Shown: positions 15,072-23,703, counted from the stretch's first letter. The stretch: 26,077 nucleotides of DNA from Chthoniobacteraceae bacterium (GCA_031409335.1 JANNWY010000102.1:1-26077); one strand, 5' to 3'. Notes: a model not told the origin generated them from the letters alone. Numbers and translations: made by a program.

Positions 15072-16115
15072 CTATTTGTTCTTCAGATCGGTCACCAGCT
15101 TGTCGATCTGCTGGGAGGTTTCCACCGGGATCGCGCGGAAGATTTCCAGCTTCGCATCCGCAGGTGGATTGCTCGCGGGGATCGCCAGTTCGTCCTTCGT
15201 CATCAGCTTCCGAGCTTCGGCGTTCACGGTGATGTAGGGGAACTCCTTCCACACTTCATAAGCGACCTTTGGATCGAGCACGTAGTCGATGAATTTTTCC
15301 GCCAGCTCCTTGTTCTTCGCACCCTTCGGCACGGCGAGGTTGTCGATGAAAAGATGCGCACCCTCCTTTGGCAGGACGTAGGAAAACTTCTTGTTCTTCT
15401 TGTAAAGGATCGAGGCCTCGCCACTCCACACGATGCCGACATCCACGCTGCCATTCAGCAGCGGTGTCTTCGGTGAATCCGAGTCATACACCTTCACCAG
15501 CGGCAGCCACTTCGCGAGCACTTCCTTCGACTTCGCGAGGCTGTCCGGGTTGATTTCATTGATTGGCATTCCCAGTGAATTCAGCGCCCAGGAAACCGCC
15601 TCCCGCGCATCCGCCAGCACCACGATGCGTTTCTTGAGCGCATCCGTGAAAACATCGCCGTATCCCGTGATCGGCGTCTTTACCTTTTGCGAGTTGAACA
15701 CGATCCCCACCGTGCCTGCCATCCATGGCACCGAATACTTATTCTCCGGGTCGTGAGCTTGCTTGAGGAATTTGGGATCGAGGTTCTTGAGATTCTGCAA
15801 GCCGGCCGTGTTCAGTTCTTCAAGACCACCGCTCTTTACCAATTCCTCCACGACATATTCAGAAGGCTGGATGAGGTCATACTTCGAGCCACCGGTCTGG
15901 AGCTTCGCGAGCATCTCTTCATTCGAGGCATAGTTCTCGACATTGACCTTCACCTTGTGCTGCCTGGAAAAGCCATCGATCACCGACTGCGGAATGTATT
16001 CCGACCAGCAGTAGATGTTCAGCGAAGGTTTTTTCTGCGCGTGAACGGTCATCGGTTGAAAGACGACCGCGGCGGAGACTGCGGCAACGACGGAGAGGAA
16101 ACGGCGTGTTTTCAT
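15072..16115 (-). CDS. potD: Spermidine/putrescine ABC transporter substrate-binding protein (PotD-like)
   Basis: Signal peptide; LNIYCWSEYIP, SNEEMLAKL, YDLIQPSEY, DPENKYSVPWMAGTVGI, WSGEA, PKEGAHLFIDNL. Confidence 0.9.
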   Translation of the reverse strand: MKTRRFLSVVAAVSAAVVFQPMTVHAQKKPSLNIYCWSEYIPQSVIDGFSRQHKVKVNVENYASNEEMLAKLQTGGSKYDLIQPSEYVVEELVKSGGLEELNTAGLQNLKNLDPKFLKQAHDPENKYSVPWMAGTVGIVFNSQKVKTPITGYGDVFTDALKKRIVVLADAREAVSWALNSLGMPINEINPDSLAKSKEVLAKWLPLVKVYDSDSPKTPLLNGSVDVGIVWSGEASILYKKNKKFSYVLPKEGAHLFIDNLAVPKGAKNKELAEKFIDYVLDPKVAYEVWKEFPYITVNAEARKLMTKDELAIPASNPPADAKLEIFRAIPVETSQQIDKLVTDLKNK

Positions 16116-16124
16116 GTTAGCGGA

Positions 16125-16153
16125 TGATTACGTGAGCAGGGTTCTCAATGCAA
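16125..16153 (-). promoter_or_regulatory. Candidate sigma70-type promoter for potD (TTGCAT-N17-TAATCA)
   Basis: Plus strand ATGCAA 16148-16153 and TGATTA 16125-16130, with a 17-nt spacer, 9 nt before ATG 16115. Confidence 0.4.
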
Positions 16154-16178
16154 GTACCCCTCCAACACCGATCGCGAC

Positions 16179-16316
16179 GGGTATTGCACGCTCGATCTGG
16201 ACTACAAACGCTTCGCCAAAATCCTCCGCGAGGCCGGCTACACAGGGTGCGTCTCGCTGGTGATGGAAGGCATGGAAAAATCTGCGCCTGGCCCTGGATC
16301 GTCGATCGCAACTTGA
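16179..16316 (+). pseudogene. C-terminal remnant of a sugar-phosphate isomerase/epimerase (xylose-isomerase-like TIM barrel)
   Basis: My translation: GYCTLDLDYKRFAKILREAGYTGCVSLVMEGMEKSAPGPGSSIAT*. It fits the family's C-terminal DYxxIxxxLxxxGYxGxxSLExEG pattern. No start codon upstream in frame (stop at 16125). Confidence 0.65.
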
Positions 16317-16323
16317 ACGCGCA

Positions 16324-16674
16324 TTAGCCTAAAACGCCGCGCTCGATCACGCGGCTTTCCATTCGCTCCGCGCCGAGGCTGGCGGCGATGTTTTTGGACA
16401 TGGTGGTTTGGTCGAGTTTCAGGCTGCACGAGAAGACATCGACGGCGGCGTATGCGTGCTCTGGCCAAGTGTGGATGGCGACGTGCGATTCGGCGATGAC
16501 GATGACGCCGCTGACGCCGTGCGGGCTGAAGTTGTGGAAGACTTCGGTGACGATCGTGGCTCCGGCGGCGCGAACGGCTTCGAGCAGGAGCGGGCGGAGG
16601 GCGTCGGTGTTCGCGAGGAGCGCCGCGTTGCAGCCGTGGAGTTCGAGCAGGGTGTGGCGGGCAAGCGGGATCAT
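16324..16674 (-). CDS. speD: S-adenosylmethionine decarboxylase proenzyme (short, pyruvoyl-dependent)
   Basis: 116 aa from ATG 16674 (ATGA overlap): HTLLELHGC...FHNFSPHGVSGVIVIAESHVAIHTWPE...AVDVFSC...IERG, with the E|SH self-cleavage site. This is the 3' end of the 450-aa ORF in the track. Confidence 0.93.
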   Translation of the reverse strand: MIPLARHTLLELHGCNAALLANTDALRPLLLEAVRAAGATIVTEVFHNFSPHGVSGVIVIAESHVAIHTWPEHAYAAVDVFSCSLKLDQTTMSKNIAASLGAERMESRVIERGVLG

Positions 16675-18236
16675 GCGGTGAGGAGGGCGGCGGCGGCTTG
16701 GGCACCGCGGGTGCAGGCTTCTTCGAAAATGGAAATGCCGCTCATGTCGGAGTGCGCAAAGTAGATCGGGCCGTGCGGTGCAGCCATTTGCTCGCGCGAA
16801 TTTCCCCAGATGAAACCGGGCGCGGGGCGGATCATGCCGTGACCCCAGAGCCACACGTCGAGGTGGCGAATGTGCTGTGTGATGTCGCGATGGGCGCGTT
16901 GGAGATCGGCGAGGATGAGGGCGCACCATTCGTCGTAAGTGCGCGCGAGGGCGCGTTCGCGGGCGGTGCGCGGCGGCTCGCGATCGAGCGGCCAGTAGTG
17001 CGTGAGCACGGTTTCGCGCGGGACGCTGCGCAGACTCTGATGCGTGGCGACGATGTAGCCGAGCGAGTCGCTGTGCTCGATGACGTTGTCCCACGCGAGC
17101 GGGACGCCGGTGCCGCCGGGGAGCGCATTGAGCGTGATGTTCGCGACCATCCACGGGGAATATTCTACGTTCACCGGCGCGAGGCCGCGCACGATGCGCT
17201 GCGCGATGAAACGCGGCGCGGCGCAGATCGCGGCGGGCGCTTCGAGGCGGACGGATTCGTTTTTGGAAATGTCGAAGTAATCCACGCGGACGCCGCCGTC
17301 GTGCGGCTCGACATTCCACACGATGCACCCGCTGCGAATCTTGTCCTGAAGCGGGTTGGCGAGTTTGTGGACGAGCCAGCCGTTGCCCTCGGGCCAGGTG
17401 AGCACGGCCTCGTGTTCGGCGTTCGCGGCGCGGCCATCGCGCGCGGCAAAGTAGTGTACGCCAGCCCACGCGGACGTGTGCTCGATGCCTGCGCCGTAGT
17501 CGTCGCGGCAGGAGTAATCGACGTACCAGCGCAGCGGCGCGGAGGTCCAGCCGCGTGCATCCATGAAGGCGCGCATCGTTTGCGCGTCGAGCGCGGTGAA
17601 CTCGGGATCGCGCGAACTGAGGTCGAGCGGGATCGTGAAGGCGCGGCGTCCGTCGCTGCCTTTCGCGGTGCGCCACGTTTCCATCTGCGCGAAAAATTCT
17701 TCGTATTGCCGACGGTCATCGGCGGTCAGGCCAATTTGCGGGATGAGTCCGTCCTGCCAGCGCCCGTGCGTGAAGAGGCGCTCCATCGGATCGGCACAGA
17801 GCATCGTCTCGTCGTAGATGGGAAGGCCGTCGCGCCAGCCGGTGATCGCGCCAAATTCCTCCAGCAGCGCGAGGACTTCGGTGCATTCGGCGTTTGGGAG
17901 TGGAACGTAATGCGCGCCCCACGGATAGGCGGAGATGACGTTTTCGCCAGAGGTGGAGTTGCCGCCAGGCGAGGATTCGAGTTCGAGGATGAGGAAATTG
18001 CGGGCGCTTTTTTGCAGGCGATGCGCGGCGGTGAGGCCGGCGATTCCGCCGCCGATGATGACGGCGTCCGTGCGTTCGGTGCGCGTGGGAGCGGGGAATT
18101 TTCCATCGCGGAGACGGTGGCCGGTGGCGTGCGCTGCCCCAATGATTCCGCCGGTCCAGCGCGCCGTCCGCTTGCAACCGGAGGCGAGCGCGGCTCCTGC
18201 AATAGTCGAAATGAATTGGCGTCGGCGCATCTTCAT
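16671..18236 (-). CDS. FAD-dependent oxidoreductase (flavin amine-oxidase-like) with twin-arginine signal
   Basis: MRRRQFI...ALASGC (Tat motif, lipobox-like Cys); Rossmann motif IIGGGIAGL...LELE...GG; PWGAHYVP; C-terminal FAHSDMSGISIFEEA. Confidence 0.88.
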   Translation of the reverse strand: MKMRRRQFISTIAGAALASGCKRTARWTGGIIGAAHATGHRLRDGKFPAPTRTERTDAVIIGGGIAGLTAAHRLQKSARNFLILELESSPGGNSTSGENVISAYPWGAHYVPLPNAECTEVLALLEEFGAITGWRDGLPIYDETMLCADPMERLFTHGRWQDGLIPQIGLTADDRRQYEEFFAQMETWRTAKGSDGRRAFTIPLDLSSRDPEFTALDAQTMRAFMDARGWTSAPLRWYVDYSCRDDYGAGIEHTSAWAGVHYFAARDGRAANAEHEAVLTWPEGNGWLVHKLANPLQDKIRSGCIVWNVEPHDGGVRVDYFDISKNESVRLEAPAAICAAPRFIAQRIVRGLAPVNVEYSPWMVANITLNALPGGTGVPLAWDNVIEHSDSLGYIVATHQSLRSVPRETVLTHYWPLDREPPRTARERALARTYDEWCALILADLQRAHRDITQHIRHLDVWLWGHGMIRPAPGFIWGNSREQMAAPHGPIYFAHSDMSGISIFEEACTRGAQAAAALLTA

Positions 18237-18237
18237 C

Positions 18238-19749
18238 TCAATGCACGAAATTCGCCCACTCAGCCTCGAAGTAGCGGACGAGCACCTGGTTGTTCAGGCG
18301 GTTCACTTCCACGGGAACGGCGGACATGTCGGGCGGGAAGTCGAAGAGCTGCGGGAGATTTTCCCGCGTTACGAAACGCAGGCCTTCCGGCAGTTGCGGC
18401 TGAGTTCCCAAGGCCGCGGACGATGCGAGGATGAAGCCCCATTCGCCGAAGCTCGGGACGTAGGCGTGATAGGGCGCGGTGACGAAACCGACGGCGCGCA
18501 ACGTGGCGTCGATCGACCAAAACGAGCGGCGCGCGACGTAGGGCGAAGTGCATTGCACGGCATAGACGCCGTCGGGATTCAGCGCGCCGCGGACGCGCTC
18601 GAAGAAGGCGGTGGTGTAAAGTTTGCCGATCGAGAAATTCGAGGGATCGGGGAAGTCGGCGACGATGAGATCGAAGCACTCGCGGTTGGCTTTCATCCAG
18701 ATGAAGGCGTCGGCATTCACGATGGAGACGCGCGGATCGGTGAGCGCGCCGGCGTTGAGTGGTGTGAGCAGTTCCTGCGTGGAAAAGAGGCGCGTCATCG
18801 CGGGGTCGAGATCGACGAGGGTGACGCTTTCGATGTGCGGGTAGCGGAGGATTTCGCGCACGGCGAGGCCATCGCCACCACCGAGCACGAGCACGCGTCG
18901 CGCGTGCGGCAGGCGCGAGAGCGCGGGATGAACGAGGGCCTCGTGGTAGCGGTATTCATCGCGCGAGCTGAACTGCAAATTGCCATTCAGATGGAGCCGC
19001 AGATCGTCGCCGCTGCGCGTGAGCACGATGCGCTGATAAGGCGTGGATTTCGCGAAGATGACGCGGTCGGTGAACGCGGCGGTTTCCGACCAGTCGGTGA
19101 ATTTTTCCGCAAAAATAAAACCCGCGCACAGCACGGCGAACACGGAGAGGCCACCGGTTGCGAGCGTCCACACGCGCGGGAGGTCGCGGCGCAGCATCCA
19201 GAGCGCGGCGAGGCCGACGAGGCAGTTCAAAATTCCAAAGAGAAAACACGAACGCACGAGGCCGAGATGCGGCACGAGCAGCAGTGGAAAAAGCAGCGAG
19301 CCGAGCAGCGCGCCGACGTAGTCGAGAGCGAGGACTTGCGCGACGAGATCCTTGAATTCCAGCCGGTCGCGCAGGATGCGGAGCAGCAGCGGGATTTCCA
19401 ATCCGACGAGTGCGCCGACGATGAAAATGATGCCGTAGAGCGGGACGCGAAAGGATTCCACCAAACCGAACAGCGCGAACAACACGGCGGCGGTCGAGCC
19501 GCCGATGAGCGCGATGATGAATTCCACGCGGATGAAAACGAGGAGCACGTTTCGCTCGATGAATTTCGAGAACCACGACCCGACGCCCATCGCGAAAAGA
19601 TACACGCCGATGATCGTGGAGAATTGCGTAACCGAATCGCCGAGCAGATAGCTCGCGAGCGTGCCGGCGGTCAGCTCATAGACGAGCCCGCAGGTCGCGA
19701 TCGTGAAGACGCTCGCGAGAAAAAGGAGGCGGGCCGACCTCGTGAACAC
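18238..19749 (-). CDS. speE: Polyamine aminopropyltransferase (spermidine-synthase family) with N-terminal multi-TM domain
   Basis: About 7 hydrophobic segments, then STPYQRI, LNGNLQF, YHEALVHP, VLVLGGGDG, VDLD, DFPDP, KLYT. Start set at GTG 19749, just after the DUF350 stop; TTG 19773 would overlap that gene by 20 nt. Confidence 0.92.
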   Translation of the reverse strand: MFTRSARLLFLASVFTIATCGLVYELTAGTLASYLLGDSVTQFSTIIGVYLFAMGVGSWFSKFIERNVLLVFIRVEFIIALIGGSTAAVLFALFGLVESFRVPLYGIIFIVGALVGLEIPLLLRILRDRLEFKDLVAQVLALDYVGALLGSLLFPLLLVPHLGLVRSCFLFGILNCLVGLAALWMLRRDLPRVWTLATGGLSVFAVLCAGFIFAEKFTDWSETAAFTDRVIFAKSTPYQRIVLTRSGDDLRLHLNGNLQFSSRDEYRYHEALVHPALSRLPHARRVLVLGGGDGLAVREILRYPHIESVTLVDLDPAMTRLFSTQELLTPLNAGALTDPRVSIVNADAFIWMKANRECFDLIVADFPDPSNFSIGKLYTTAFFERVRGALNPDGVYAVQCTSPYVARRSFWSIDATLRAVGFVTAPYHAYVPSFGEWGFILASSAALGTQPQLPEGLRFVTRENLPQLFDFPPDMSAVPVEVNRLNNQVLVRYFEAEWANFVH

Positions 19750-19753
19750 GCGG

Positions 19754-19957
19754 CTAGTGAATCGCCGCGGCAATGATGATGCAGACGCCGAGCGCGGCGC
19801 AGCCGACGACGATGGCGAGCGCGAGGTTCTTTTCCTCCACGAGCTGTTTCCAGAGGTCGTACGGCGTGAGTTTATCGACGACGATGAAGCCGACGACGAA
19901 GATGACGATGCCGATGAGGGCGTAGATGACGGAGTTGGCGATGACGAGTGGGTTCAT
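19754..19957 (-). CDS. DUF350 family small membrane protein
   Basis: Two TM helices around DKLTPYDLWKQLVEEKNLALAI, ending IIIAAAIH, a pattern typical of DUF350. Confidence 0.88.
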   Translation of the reverse strand: MNPLVIANSVIYALIGIVIFVVGFIVVDKLTPYDLWKQLVEEKNLALAIVVGCAALGVCIIIAAAIH

Positions 19958-19960
19958 GGT

Positions 19961-20101
19961 TTATTTGTGGTTGAGGCCGGAGCCGGGCGGGCCGGAGCGG
20001 GCGTGGAAGAGGCTGAGCAGTGGGTTTAGGCCGCGCGTGTGGGCGGTCATCATCCAGACGCAGGCGGCGGCGGTGAGCGCGAGGTAGATGGGATGTTTCA
20101 T
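19961..20101 (-). CDS. 46-aa membrane-anchored or secreted small protein
   Basis: MKHPIYLALTAAACVWMMTAHTRGLNPLLSLFHARSGPPGSGLNHK fills the gap between DUF4178 (11 nt) and DUF350 (3 nt). Hydrophobic N-terminus and Gly/Pro/Ser tail ending in HK. Confidence 0.75.
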   Translation of the reverse strand: MKHPIYLALTAAACVWMMTAHTRGLNPLLSLFHARSGPPGSGLNHK

Positions 20102-20112
20102 GGTGAAAAAGA

Positions 20113-22062
20113 TCAGTCGGTGGAGGCGTGATCGCTTTGTGCCCAGCGCGATAGCTCGAAGCGGATGCGACGATAGAAAACCCACGCGGGATAGGCGATG
20201 ATGAAGAGGAGGGTGAGCAGGAAATTGATGGTGAAAAGTCCGCCGCGCCGGACTTCGACATCGTAGGACATCGCGGAAATCTGCGGGTCGGCCTCGGCTT
20301 CGAGCGTCAGGAAATAGCGGCCCGCGGGCACGGCGGGGATGCGCACGTTTTCAGTCTGGTTGCCCTCGGTCCAGCGTTCGCCTTCGTCGATTCCCGCGTA
20401 ATATTCCACCTCGACTCCGCCCTCGAAAGTCTGGCCCGTGTCGGCGTTCACGAGATCGAAGCCGATGCCGAGCCACGCGTTTTGCACGGGCGCGTGCAGC
20501 TCGATGGTGACGGGCTGCGAGCGGCCGGTGAGCTGAAATTCCTTCATCACTTTCGTCCGCGACGGATCGGATTCCACGGACGCCGACTCAGCGGCGCGCT
20601 GGTATGGGAATTCCTCCGAGGCGACGGTTTTCATCGGCGTGATTCCGCGGAAGAAAAAATGCGCGACGAACGCGAAGACGATGAGCCAGAGCGCCCGCCA
20701 TTTCAGCGTCTGCCAGCGTTCGGCGTATTTGTTTGGTTGATTGAGATAGATGCCATCGGGCTTCGGCGCGCGCTCGAACGCAAAGGCGGTGGCGATTTCC
20801 TTCGCGTCCAAATAGACGCCAGTGGACCACGTGATTTCGCGCAGGCCGGGATATTTTTCCGACGACACGATGAAAGGCGGCGCGACGAAATCGTTGAGCA
20901 GCGATTGCTCGCCGCGCCCGACTTTCCAATAGAACTCGCCGAGCACCGCCGTCACGCGCGTGTCCGCTTTGGCGAAATGTTTGAAGGTGCGTCCGCCGCG
21001 CAGCGTGACACGGTGCCGGTCTTCTTTCGGGATTTCGAGCAGTCGGTCGATGAGGCTCCAGTGGCCATTGTAGGTGACGAGCCAGCGGAAGCCGCGCCAC
21101 GGATTGAAGAGCAGATATTCGCTCCACATTGCGTATTTGTCGGCGCGGTGGATGAGGCCGATGCACTCGAATTCCTCGCCGCGAATTTTCCCGCGCTGGC
21201 CGATCGGGATGAGCGGGCGGATGGCGCGCACTTTTTCATCGGCCTGCTGGATGATGCCCAGGTTCGGATTTGCCGTGTCGATGACCGAGCCGCACGAGCC
21301 GCAGACCGCGGCCATCGTGAGCCCGCTCGCGCGCAAATTTACTGCCGCGCCGCAGACGGGGCAACCGAGCGCGTTCGTGGCGTGGCGCGTTTGCGCGACC
21401 GCGCCATCCCAGCCGGGCACGGGGCGGAGATTGGTAAATTGGAGCGACTCCGCCGTGGCGTATGCGCCGGCGAAAAGCTCGGGTGGATCGCCGAGCGGAT
21501 AGTCGATCGTCGCGAACGAACCATCCTCCGCCATGAGATCGACGCTCTGCCGCGTGAGCCCCGGCGGCGCGGCGAATGGCAGCGCGCCTTCGCCCGCCAG
21601 ACACACCACGGATTTTACGTCGATCACTTGATACGCATGATCCGCGAACTGCATCTTCGCACCCGGCGGAGCCTGCTCGATCGCGGGCAGTTTGTCCTTC
21701 GAGTCGGTCGGAAAGCTGATCGCGAAAAACCCCTGCGTTTCCGCGACCCAGCCGGTGCGTTTGTCCGCAAATTCCGCGAACCATTCCGTCCAACTCCCGC
21801 CGTCGTACTCGACGCGGATGCGCCCGATCAGCTCAAACGCGACGCCATTCCAAACCCCATGCGAACCAATCTGGAGCGGGCTGAGATCCGGCGGCAGCGC
21901 CGCCATTTCGCCTATCCGCTCCACGCTCGCCCCGCGCACCACGACCATCGAATGGCAATGACCGCACACCGCAAAAACGGCGATGCTCGATCCGAAAGGG
22001 ACAGGCGCTCCGCATTGCGGGCAATCGTAAAGTCGGGCGGACACGACCCGTTCAACTACCAT
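20113..22062 (-). CDS. DUF4178 domain protein (two Zn-ribbon + DUF4178 modules, C-terminal TM segments)
   Basis: CPQCG...CGHC and CPVCG...CGSC ribbons, each followed by a DUF4178-like segment (WTEWF...GWVAETQG; WSEYLLFNP..GFRWL; VLGEFYW). Start is ATG 22062 or GTG 22044. Confidence 0.85.
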   Translation of the reverse strand: MVVERVVSARLYDCPQCGAPVPFGSSIAVFAVCGHCHSMVVVRGASVERIGEMAALPPDLSPLQIGSHGVWNGVAFELIGRIRVEYDGGSWTEWFAEFADKRTGWVAETQGFFAISFPTDSKDKLPAIEQAPPGAKMQFADHAYQVIDVKSVVCLAGEGALPFAAPPGLTRQSVDLMAEDGSFATIDYPLGDPPELFAGAYATAESLQFTNLRPVPGWDGAVAQTRHATNALGCPVCGAAVNLRASGLTMAAVCGSCGSVIDTANPNLGIIQQADEKVRAIRPLIPIGQRGKIRGEEFECIGLIHRADKYAMWSEYLLFNPWRGFRWLVTYNGHWSLIDRLLEIPKEDRHRVTLRGGRTFKHFAKADTRVTAVLGEFYWKVGRGEQSLLNDFVAPPFIVSSEKYPGLREITWSTGVYLDAKEIATAFAFERAPKPDGIYLNQPNKYAERWQTLKWRALWLIVFAFVAHFFFRGITPMKTVASEEFPYQRAAESASVESDPSRTKVMKEFQLTGRSQPVTIELHAPVQNAWLGIGFDLVNADTGQTFEGGVEVEYYAGIDEGERWTEGNQTENVRIPAVPAGRYFLTLEAEADPQISAMSYDVEVRRGGLFTINFLLTLLFIIAYPAWVFYRRIRFELSRWAQSDHASTD

Positions 22063-22272
22063 CCCGCCGCGTGACCGCAAAGGCGGAAACGGTGTGGCGT
22101 GGAAGAACGGGTGTGATTGTAAGTGGAACCAGCGCGCGGCGCTTGTCCAGGGAGCAGGAAGGTTTTTACCAACTCACCCTCACCGCAAAAGATCATGACT
22201 CGGAAGCGCGTGAACCCTTCACCAAGGCCTCTTGAAGCCGGACGGCTTCGGTGGGGAAGAGGCGTCAGCCCT

Positions 22273-23148
22273 TTAGCGGTTGCGGCGTTTTACGGTTTCT
22301 GAAATCAAGACTAACACAATCGTGGCAAGGATGAAGATGGCTGAGACGGCGTTGAGCGAAGGATCGAGGCCTTTTTTTGCCCGGCCATACATCACCACTG
22401 GCAGCGGCTGTGCGTCGGGTCCATAGACGAAGATGGAGATGATGATTTCATCGAGCGACAAGGCGAATGCCATCAGCGCGCCGGAGATGATGGCGGGCAT
22501 CATGTAGGGGACCATGACTTTGAAAAAAGCCGTGAGCGGCGGCGCACCGAGATCCATCGCGGCCTCTTCCAGCGAAGGATCGACGCCCGAAAGCCGCGCC
22601 TGCACGGCGATGAGCACGAAGGGAAAACAGAACGTGATATGCGCGAGGATGACGGTCGTGTAGCCGGTCTCGATGTCGAGATTCGCAAACCACTCCGGCG
22701 CATTTGGCAGTGCCTGCAATCCGTTCAGCCAATTGATCACGATGCGAAAGAGCACCAGCAGGCTGACACCCATCAAAATCTCTGGCACCGCCATCGGGAT
22801 GAAGATCAGCGTATTCAGCCAGCGCAGCGCGGGAAACTTGTAGCGGTAAAGCAGCCACGCGCCGGTGACCCCGAGCACCAGGGAGAAAACCGTGCTGATC
22901 AGCGCGATGATGACGCTGTTTTTCAGCGCCGACATCAACACCGAATCGGCGAGCATCTTGCGATACCAGTCCAGCGTGAAGCCCTGCCAGGCGATGCCGT
23001 ATTCCGCCTGATTGAACGAATAAACGATCAACAGAACGATCGGCGCGTAAAGGAACAGAATCACCACCGCCGACCAGCCGCCGAAGAGCATGTTCACAAA
23101 CGGCATTCCCGATGGGATTCGGAAAAGTGGGCGCGATGCGTGATTCAT
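22273..23148 (-). CDS. potC: Spermidine/putrescine ABC transporter permease (PotC-like)
   Basis: LFLYAPIVLLIVYSFN, WQGFTLDWY, PEILMGVSLL, LAHITFCFPFV, LEEAAMDLGA, FALSLDE. Exact start uncertain. Confidence 0.9.
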   Translation of the reverse strand: MNHASRPLFRIPSGMPFVNMLFGGWSAVVILFLYAPIVLLIVYSFNQAEYGIAWQGFTLDWYRKMLADSVLMSALKNSVIIALISTVFSLVLGVTGAWLLYRYKFPALRWLNTLIFIPMAVPEILMGVSLLVLFRIVINWLNGLQALPNAPEWFANLDIETGYTTVILAHITFCFPFVLIAVQARLSGVDPSLEEAAMDLGAPPLTAFFKVMVPYMMPAIISGALMAFALSLDEIIISIFVYGPDAQPLPVVMYGRAKKGLDPSLNAVSAIFILATIVLVLISETVKRRNR

Positions 23149-23415
23149 TCCTGAAGTTTTTGTAGCCGCACCTAGCGCCGGGGGGAAGGGGATTTGTGCG
23201 GTTCGTCAGCTCGGGGGTTTGATTGAATGTGGTGCATGGGGCGGCAATAAGGGCTGGATGAAAGAGGCGTCCCAGTGCCACGCGAGAGTGAGTCGGAGCG
23301 AGTGAATGACGCGATGAACCGCGGAAGAAAGATGAGCGCAGAGAAAAATCTGAGGGAGCCCGGTGTCTTGCATTTGAAGCAACAACTCCAATTCTTCTAC
23401 CATCCATCTTTCACC

Positions 23416-23703
23416 ATGAAATCCATCTGCCACCTGCTCGCCGCGCTGCTGTGCGGCCACACCCTCGCCGCCGAACCTGCGCCGGCCATCCCGCGCCAGA
23501 CGCGCAAAGTGCCGCTCTATTTTTCTCTGGCCTACCAGCCCGGCCGGAGCGGAGCGGAGTTCCATCCGAGCGCGGATTGGCTGCGCGAAAATGGGCGTGA
23601 CCCCGGCATGGCGCGTGGCGTCGAGTTCTCCGGCGTTCACGACTTCGACCTGGAGATGTTCGCCCTGCTCGTCAAACTCTGGGGCGTGGCACCGACGCGA
23701 TGA
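23416..23703 (+). pseudogene. Internally deleted remnant of a secreted zinc-metallopeptidase-like protein (95 aa, still in frame)
   Basis: MKSICHLLAALL signal, then KVPLYFS...AEFHPSADWLRENGRDPGMARGVEF joined almost directly to DLEMFALLVKLWG. In the family as I recall it, these blocks are separated by an HExxH-containing core that is missing here. ATGA overlap with the next gene. Confidence 0.55.

Noticed and set aside
16675..17676. N-terminal 334 aa of the 450-aa ORF as a SpeD fusion
   Set aside because: Alternative frame within the flavin oxidoreductase gene; SpeD starts at ATG 16674.
16698..22074. Plus-strand ORFs of 578, 613 and 530 aa
   Set aside because: Antisense shadows of the oxidase, speE and DUF4178 genes.
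22227..22263. Stem-loop after potC as a terminator or SAM/polyamine riboswitch
   Set aside because: No U-tract and no riboswitch consensus I can recognise; an Infernal/Rfam scan would settle it.
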